A stretch of DNA of 57,017 nucleotides, filler included, from Sphacelaria rigidula (lineage: Eukaryota), in the NCBI GenBank assembly GCA_964200075.2. It is 6 parts of 6 records of this genome, joined end to end, with 100 filler letters (N's around TTAATTAATTAA, not from the genome) between each part and the next. Parts side by side here need not be neighbours in the genome. Positions count along the whole stretch, not along the records: positions 47,599 to 57,017 come from CAXNAA020008548.1; 5 more parts are not named here. One strand, written 5' to 3'. The notes under the pieces are model-generated. The model saw only the letters and a list, made by a program, of their open reading frames with translations. It had not been told where the DNA came from and did not search any database. Positions 49,478 to 57,017 of this stretch are shown here, in pieces. Each line of letters opens with the position of its first letter. Position 1 is the first letter of the stretch. Made by a program: the position numbers and the translations under genes.

Positions 49478-50505
49478 AAGACTACTGCTGCGCTGAGCTG
49501 TCCGATTGTAATTGTGCCATGAAATGTTGTCACTCTATTGATGCAGACGCCAAGCCGAGTGCTGCAGTCACGCACCATGCCCCCCCCCCATCGCACACAC
49601 ACGCACGGTACTACTTGTGGCCCTACACAACGTACTCAACAACTAAAGAGGCGCCGTGTGTGCGCTCTTTCTCGCCGCAGCGGTAGAGGAAGAAAAATCA
49701 TTTTCTTCGATCGTTGTGCAACGGAGAATGAAATAGAGTGACATCGCCCTTCGTCGGTGTGTTGATGATGATCGGTCGTTCTTGCAGTCAGATGAACAAA
49801 AAAAAAAAAACACCAATTGCACCGACAAATACGGCCCGCCTTTCGTTTTCCATCAATAATTAAATCATTTTTTTCGAGACAAGAAAACTACGTGCGAGAT
49901 GTCGTTCCTCATCTCTCGACAAGGAGACGAATAAACGCAATCTATAGGCAGCATTTCTCATCAGCGCAATGGTAGCACCATCCACGAAAGAAATAGAAGA
50001 CGAAAAACGCGCGCCCATGCATCTATATCAAAGGGGTATTTCCATTTCTACTGCTATTAATAGCAGCATGTTTTTCGGAAGAAAGCACTTTTGATAAGTG
50101 AATTCATGTAAGAGAAACAGAAATGTATATATATATATATATATGTGTGTGTTTTTCATTGTTCTTCCTCGCTACGAGACCAAGCGGCTGGTCAGTCGGT
50201 GATTGCCCTCCTCTCTCCATCCCCTGCCGCCAACCCCTCGCAACTTCTCGCGCGATATCCTTGACAAAGTAATCTGCAATATGAAGTACGCTTCGGTTCA
50301 TCACCGTCATTATTCTCATCGCAATCACCACTCGACTTCCACGTATATATCCACTGGAGTGTAGATCCGCTATACTACTACTACTCCCTCTACTACTACT
50401 ACTTCTCACGAACAAACATGAGGTAAAGTACACGATTCTTCTCGCCATACAAGGTACGTTTATTACATGGAATGGACTTACGACTATATTTCTGGACAAG
50501 AATGA

Positions 50506-50637
50506 ACAAACGAACACACAGTACAGGAAAGAAAAGTTCAGTCGCTTTACGCACCATCATTTTCATCGAGTACAAACGAACACACAGTACAGCAAAGAAA
50601 AGTTCAATCGCTTTACGCACCATCCTTTCCATCGAGC
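50506..50637 (+). repeat. 66-bp tandem duplication
   Basis: ACAAACGAACACACAGTACAG..GCTTTACGCACCATC occurs twice. Confidence 0.85.
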
Positions 50638-53600
50638 ACAGAACTTTACCAGGATACACTCGCTCCCCCCCCCTCCCCCCCCTCCCCCCCCCTCCCGCCT
50701 CTCCCATCTCAAGTCCCTTTTCACCTGTACAATACACCACGCAGAGTGCCTGCTTTTGTCTGCAGCACGCTCGCGGCAACCGACCCTCTAAGCCGCACAC
50801 CATAATCATGAGAGCCGCTACTGCACAAAAACAACGCGGTCCAATCGCCTCTCCTGAATCTCTTCTTCCGAGGAAGCACTCCCTCATCACTCACGGGTGC
50901 CCCCCGCTCCCCCGGGCAAGTGTAGGACGATAAAAAAAATGCCTCCCCCGGGCGCAAGGACCGTGCACGTGCTATACCATGCACACGCCTGAAAAAAATG
51001 GAAGGAATCGCACGAACAACGTGGTCATGTCTTACAAACCCCCACCCACCCGCCCCCACCCCCTCCATTTGAGGGCCTCGATTGACGTGCTACACGAACA
51101 AAACACCAACAGATACGCTCAAACATACCTGTGACGCAGCAATAGATGGAAGAAGTGTTGTTGGTGTGCGTCATTTATGTACTCCGCATGCATACAAGAA
51201 CCATCATCGCGTGCTCCTGCAATCTGCTGCTCAGGGTAACCTGCCGCTCGACAGGAATTCCACCACACGACAAGCGATGTCTTGCGCAGACTGAAGGAAG
51301 ACAAGAATCTATTCTACGGTGTGGTGGTCAACAGTAAAAAAGTGTGCCTACTCCCTTTTCCTCGTATATGGTGCCACATACCCGTGTCGAAAACACGAAC
51401 ATCAACAGACGGTGCACTTCCTGCGACAGACGTACATAATAAAATGCTCCTTACTGTATCCTCGCCCGCGGTTCGCCTTCATTACCACGACACCGTCCCC
51501 CACCCACCCATCCCTTCCCACTGCCGGGTTGATCGATCAATCTCTCCTTCTAGTGTCGTCAAACCACCCAGCAGCAATATTGCTCGCAAAACGTACGACC
51601 TAGTGCCCAGTTTTGTTCGTGTCAACACACTGTATTATGAGCTGGCCACAGCCTGAGCGAGATAATTCGCTCCTCCGTTTTAGTGCCATCAAAGTGTTGG
51701 CTCGAATCCCTGTTCGTGGCACGCAGGAGTGCTCAATCGATTCTAGCAGGCGGCGTACGTGTACTGTATCGTTTACATTTCCCCTCCCCGCCGCCACAAA
51801 TTGAATACACCCACCCCAGGGGCGGTGGAAAATATGTCGCAATGAAGAAAGTAAAAAAAATAAAAGTGCTGCTGCGACTCAAAGTGTTGCTGCGACTCTC
51901 TGGTATTGTAGGAGCAAAAACAACGTAGAAAATTGCTCCACTTCGCCCAAAATGCAACAAAAAACGACGACAATGACGACGACAGAGTACATGGAGTACA
52001 CACATATCTTGTGTGTATGTGGAGCTTCTTTTACTAGACATGAGACGGGATGATGAGAAGGTTTTGAAAAAAAAACTTGAACAAAATTATCCTTGCGAAG
52101 ATTTTGGTACTTACTTACGTCATACTAATCCACCACAAAAGTGCAAACCCTTCCTCTCTCCGCTCGTACCCGCCCCAGAGACAGTTCTTTTTTTAAAACG
52201 TTGAAAAATGACGGCACGGCCAATCGTGATTTAAACACACACACACATACACAGGCATCGCACTCTGACGTCTCTCCTTTCATCCGTTACTCGCTGCGTA
52301 AATTTTTGCCATTTGCCAACCCCACCCAAAAACAAAGCAGCCGCTACTGTTGAAAAAACATCAGACTTGAAGCACACCCGGGTATCCACGCCGCATCCCC
52401 TGTACTCAGCACCAAGTGGATACCGACTGAAACCAAAAGCGATAGCAGGATGGGTATATCCCAGACGCCAACAGTAAGCCATAAATGAGACAGATATTGT
52501 GTAAAGCAAGTTCTTGATCTTACTGGAATCACCAAACTCTGATCCCCTAGAAAAAGTCCACGGAAAGTCATTCCCCACGACCAACAGCTTGTTAGTCATC
52601 TGGTCCCAGGAAGAGACTCAACTCTCTCAGGGACAATCGATCTCTGTATGCCTAGTACTAAATGCAGAAGCCCAGACTGCACCTAGAGCCCCGACAGAGC
52701 ACCCGCGGTGACCACTCTCCCCTAGACGCAGAGTGTTCTATTTTACATCACAATCAAGACTCGGGCGAAATCCACCTTCCTCTCTGAAAAAAAAAAAGGA
52801 TACAAGAAAAAGGGGGATACGGCCGCTGTATGCGGTAGGCGTACGCGGTGCGCAAGTTCACGAGGAACCACGGAGGTTCAAAGGGCACGAGTGTAAATCC
52901 AAAAAGTTTGAAACAACCCGCCAAACGAGTAAAAATAGCAACGGATTCGTATAATTTGTCCAGGGTGCAACGAGGGACTGGAGACACAGTAACTCCACAG
53001 TTCTAAATGCCGACGTGGTCGGTACTCGGCCTTTTATTCGCACCGCCCTTCCCTCCCCCTCTGGAAGGTTTCCGAGCGTTGCACGCGGCACAACTGACAG
53101 CAAACAATTAACACCTTCACATTTTAGCTGAGACATCAAAGCGCGTGCAGGAAAAGCACATCAAGGATGCATCATATACGTGAAAAAACATGCAACTCAC
53201 CGTCCACTGCACCACATACCGACCGTACTGTGTTTCGCCACAAAATGCACCGTCACAACAAATCCAACAGATGCACACGCAAAAGCAGGACAAACAGGAA
53301 GCAACCCATGTTGCCAATACGTTCCATGCCTGTGGTACAATCAAACATACCCTTCGGGACAACAACTCACAGATAGCCACTACTGCTGGCAGGCACATAC
53401 AACACTCAAATGGGTATCTACACTTCTTCTGGGGTTTCCGTCGAGGTGGACGCAGAGGTAAAGAGGTAGCTCAATCTACTGCACCTTCACGCATCACACA
53501 GTGAGGAATATTTAGTACCGTGACGTACTCGATTACCCGGTTTCGGGAGCTTGTCTTTTCTGCTATCTGCTGTTGAAAGGAAAGCAGCAAGCGTACAAAA

Positions 53601-54325
53601 CTCGTCGGCAGAACGCCGGTGCCACGTGAGTCAGCGCCCGGATGAAGCAAGAAAGACCAACAGGTGGAGAATATACAGGAAACAAACAAACAGGAACAGA
53701 CTCATACACACAAGCAACGGCAGACGCTGGGACGACAACTGCGCTGATGGCTCACCTGATCTTTGCTACAGCCCGTCTTGACATCTCTACACTCAAGCGA
53801 AAACATGACATTGTAATTTTTATCGCAACATCAAAACACCGAGCGTCAATCATAGGTCGAGCGTGATATCCAATAGTCGACCGACAGACACCCCTCGGCC
53901 AGTCGCCGGTGCGACCTGGCGAAACCAAATACATCATCGCAGCAGCAACCCTTCGATATCGCTCCATCGTTCAAGTAACAACGCACCGCGCTTGGACACA
54001 TACAGGACAGCAACTACACGTCACACAGAATACAACAACCCAATACAGCGAACACGTGCACACACAAACACAACAAGCGAATACAAAGTCACAACAAGCG
54101 GGCAGGCAAGCAAGCAAGTAAAAGAACAAGAGATGGAAGAACTGAATCAAGCAAATCCCGTTCGCGGGCATTCCATCTCGGTAAAAAAACAAAAAGAGAA
54201 AAGAACAAGAAAAAAGTTTCCACTGAACCTGCTTTTTCCGAATTTCATTCTTCAATAATGAAACCTCCTCGTCGTGTAAGCACTCTATGCCACCCAGAGA
54301 AAAATTAGTCAACGACAACCAGCTG

Positions 54326-55642
54326 TTAATTGTTTTGATCTCCGAAAACCATGCGCACGAGGCCGAACCTCGCCGCCATATCTTCAGCCACTTCCGGAGA
54401 CACCTCGCGCCTGGCACCCACACCGCGCGCGGAGCCATCCATATCACCACCGCTGTTACGGCCACGGCCACGCGGCGGCACGAAGCCAGTCGCCGATGAA
54501 TGCCCGTGAAAGCCATCCGTAGACACGGGCACTGCTGCCGGACGGTCGCCGCCCGCACCAGCATCAGCTGGATAAGCCGCTCGCGCCCCTTCGATATGTC
54601 CGCCTGACAACTGCCGGGTTTGCGCCGCCCCCGAACTCTGACTCGACCCTGTATCGGCGGCGGCAGCGGCGGTCCCTGCAGCGATAGCGGCCGCGCCCAA
54701 GCCCTGGCGATGCCCCCTCGAGTAATTGCTCGACGCGGAGTGTTGGCGAGGCCTTGGCGGCGGCGCTGCTATTCCTGCCGTAGTGTTGTGCCGTCGTCGA
54801 TTGACAGCACCGCTCGCCGCGCCCGGTACCACCGCTGCCGACACGACGCGGTGCTGTCGCTTCTCCGCGGGATTGGTGGCCACACCCATAGCCACCGCTC
54901 CGGCCACATTCCCGCCAGGGATCCTGGCGCTCGGAGGACCCACACTCGGCGAGCCGCCGCCGACGCCGTCAGATCCAAAAGCTCGAGCTTTGGGGCCGGG
55001 TCTCAGTGGCATGAATCTTGTTTCTGCCGGACCTGACCCTGCTCCCGACCCCGCCCCCACTTCCACCGCAACTCTGCCTCCGTCCCCGCTTTCAGGAGTA
55101 GCCCAGGTCATCTGTTTGCCCCGCCTGTTCACAGGCGAGGCCGCGAGCGAGGTCTTACTCTCCTCATCTTGAAACGAAGCCGGGGACGGCGACGGTAGCT
55201 TCCTCTCCATGCTGCTGCTGTTACTCGTGCTGACCACGTCTTGCCCTTCGAACAGTTTCCTCCGGAGGGCGGCGAAGAACCCTCCGTCATCATCAACTTT
55301 CTGTTCTCCGCTGTCCGAGCGTTTGGCTTCATCCTCCCCCTGGCCGCCGCCTCGGCCGCCGCCGCCGCCCCGCGGGGTGTCGTCCCAGGCGGACACGGGA
55401 CCAGTCCCCCGGGCGACGGCCGGGCGCGACTGCACTGGCATGGAGAGTTCCCTGGATCGTTCCATGGATTCTTCTATAGTAGAGGCTTTCCACTTGTCCT
55501 CGACGGCGGCGGTGTGTCGGCGCTGTCTTTGCCACTGATCAACACCCCACAGTACGCCGAAAAAGTTGGGACGCTCGGGGGTTGGACTTGACCGGGAGAC
55601 GGGCGGGTGCGCGATAGGGTCTGTTGACGATGTCGGCGTCGG
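54326..55642 (-). CDS. Large terminal exon of an unknown, mostly disordered G/A/S/P/R-rich protein
   Basis: About 435 stop-free codons in a GC-rich block ending AEDMAARFGLVRMVFGDQNN*; CAG acceptors give exon starts at 55642 or 55620; candidate small upstream exons near 55982-56051 and 56538-56634 are uncertain. Confidence 0.75.
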   Translation of the reverse strand, partial: PTPTSSTDPIAHPPVSRSSPTPERPNFFGVLWGVDQWQRQRRHTAAVEDKWKASTIEESMERSRELSMPVQSRPAVARGTGPVSAWDDTPRGGGGGRGGGQGEDEAKRSDSGEQKVDDDGGFFAALRRKLFEGQDVVSTSNSSSMERKLPSPSPASFQDEESKTSLAASPVNRRGKQMTWATPESGDGGRVAVEVGAGSGAGSGPAETRFMPLRPGPKARAFGSDGVGGGSPSVGPPSARIPGGNVAGAVAMGVATNPAEKRQHRVVSAAVVPGAASGAVNRRRHNTTAGIAAPPPRPRQHSASSNYSRGHRQGLGAAAIAAGTAAAAADTGSSQSSGAAQTRQLSGGHIEGARAAYPADAGAGGDRPAAVPVSTDGFHGHSSATGFVPPRGRGRNSGGDMDGSARGVGARREVSPEVAEDMAARFGLVRMVFGDQNN

Positions 55643-57017
55643 CTGAATACCATATGTACGTCCACATCGGCACGGCACGTGCAGTGGGTACACACACGTA
55701 CAAAATATGAGAGCAGGTGGGCGATGTCGTTGGTTAGTAAGTTGGTAGGGGACATGGGGCCCCAAGAGACATACAGAAAGTGGCATCAGAAGGTAGGCGG
55801 GCGGCCGGGAAGGAGGTAGGTTAAAGAATGATGCGGTTTGGGCGACAGTTTTACAGGGAGGCAAGGCAATGATATACATTATATTCCAGCAAATGAAATA
55901 ATCATTTTCATCAGGAAAAAAATAAGTATAAAACCCATCACAACATGGACTAGTACAGGGGTTGTGCATTTTCATGCAACCTGCATGACACATGTTCCGC
56001 ATGGCAGTCAGGACGCCTGTGTCTTTTGTCCAACTGCCTGCCGCTGGCCAGCTGAAGAAGAGTCAATAATGAAAAATGCACGCGATAAAGAAAAAGAAGG
56101 AAGAAAAAAAAACAAGAAAATGGCACACGTCATCAAAAGGTGGCATCTGTCCGAGGCGTTCAAAATCCTGCGTAAACCCAGGTCAGGGTCTCAGCACTAG
56201 GACTTCTTCCTAAAATCGGGGAGAAAAAAACGCTCCAAATTTACGTTTATAGGATGGACCCCGCTGACAACGAGTACGACTCGACCTAAATCATCACTGT
56301 GGGCGAGCGCGCGGGCAACACGTGCTTGCTGTACATCTCTTGCACTTCTCAAGTTTCCTTCAGGGGCTGTTTCGCCTCGTTTTTTGGGGTACGTATTCCT
56401 CGGGGGATGCGGTATCAATCAACCGATCGACCGACCGAGTCAATCGGTGGGGGTCAACGGGACATACGTGTCACATATCTACCGTGGTAGGATGGATGTT
56501 GGGGAGGCCTTGCGGAGATTCCATCTACAGCACGTACCAGAATTGAGCTGAACATGGGGAGGCGGTTGACCTCCACCGAAGTCCAGTAAAAACAAAAACC
56601 AGCGAAGTCCGGACATCGGTGGATGATGACGGAGCTATAAGTGACGAGCAAGAGTAAAAGCGATCACATCGTCGTTGATCGGAGATGAACCGCTTGCATG
56701 CCTGATCTGCCAACTTCGCATTCCTTAGCAGATACTCTATCAAACTTCGCCTCCCGATCTCATATATATACATATATATATACCCAGGGAAACATGGCGA
56801 GGAGGTTGGGGGAGGGGCGCACAGACTTTTCCATAACTCCACCCCTCGCTCGCAAGACCACGACTTGGATCATGACCCTGATCCATTTCACTCTCATATC
56901 GTATCTACCCCTCACCCTGGGGGGGGGGGGGGGGGGGGGGGGGGGGAAGGGGGGGGGCAAAAAATTTTCGAAAAAAAAGGGGGGAAAACCGGCGCGGGGC
57001 AAAAACAAAAAAACGTT

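Noticed and set aside
47933..52151. AGGGTTGCACTTTT / AAAAGTGCAAACCCT as TIRs of a 4.2-kb element
   Set aside because: Match is short, no TSD is evident, and similar motifs occur unpaired (19779, about 42060).
45279..55642. Joining the kinase exon and the large terminal exon into one gene
   Set aside because: They are on different contigs and in the wrong order for the minus strand.
55982..56634. Spliced PCSAQFCW segment suggesting an RBR/RING2 domain
   Set aside because: Other Zn ligands are missing and the exon boundaries are speculative.

Overview
Repeat-rich eukaryotic DNA. The intron-rich gene structure and repeat content suggest a brown alga or related stramenopile (inference, not verified). 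The window is not contiguous: it is six unrelated contigs of 9419-9420 bp (1-9420, 9521-18940, 19041-28460, 28561-37979, 38080-47498, 47599-57017) joined by 100-bp N spacers containing TTAATTAATTAA. Host coding content is fragmentary: three 5' exons of a coiled-coil gene, the first exon of a Ser/Thr kinase, a large low-complexity terminal exon and one orphan exon. Most recognisable sequence is mobile DNA: a decayed full-length Ty1/copia, a second copia-like element with both LTRs, PBS, PPT and TSD that keeps gag/protease/integrase but lacks RT/RNase H, two LINE fragments, four copies of a tRNA-derived SINE, and several nested MITE or fold-back families. Best leads: (i) a family of 27-40 bp micro-insertions with 11-bp target duplications at G-runs, one duplicating a splice donor and one inserted in frame into gag; (ii) the RT-less LTR element. 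No prokaryote-type system (CRISPR, operon) is present.
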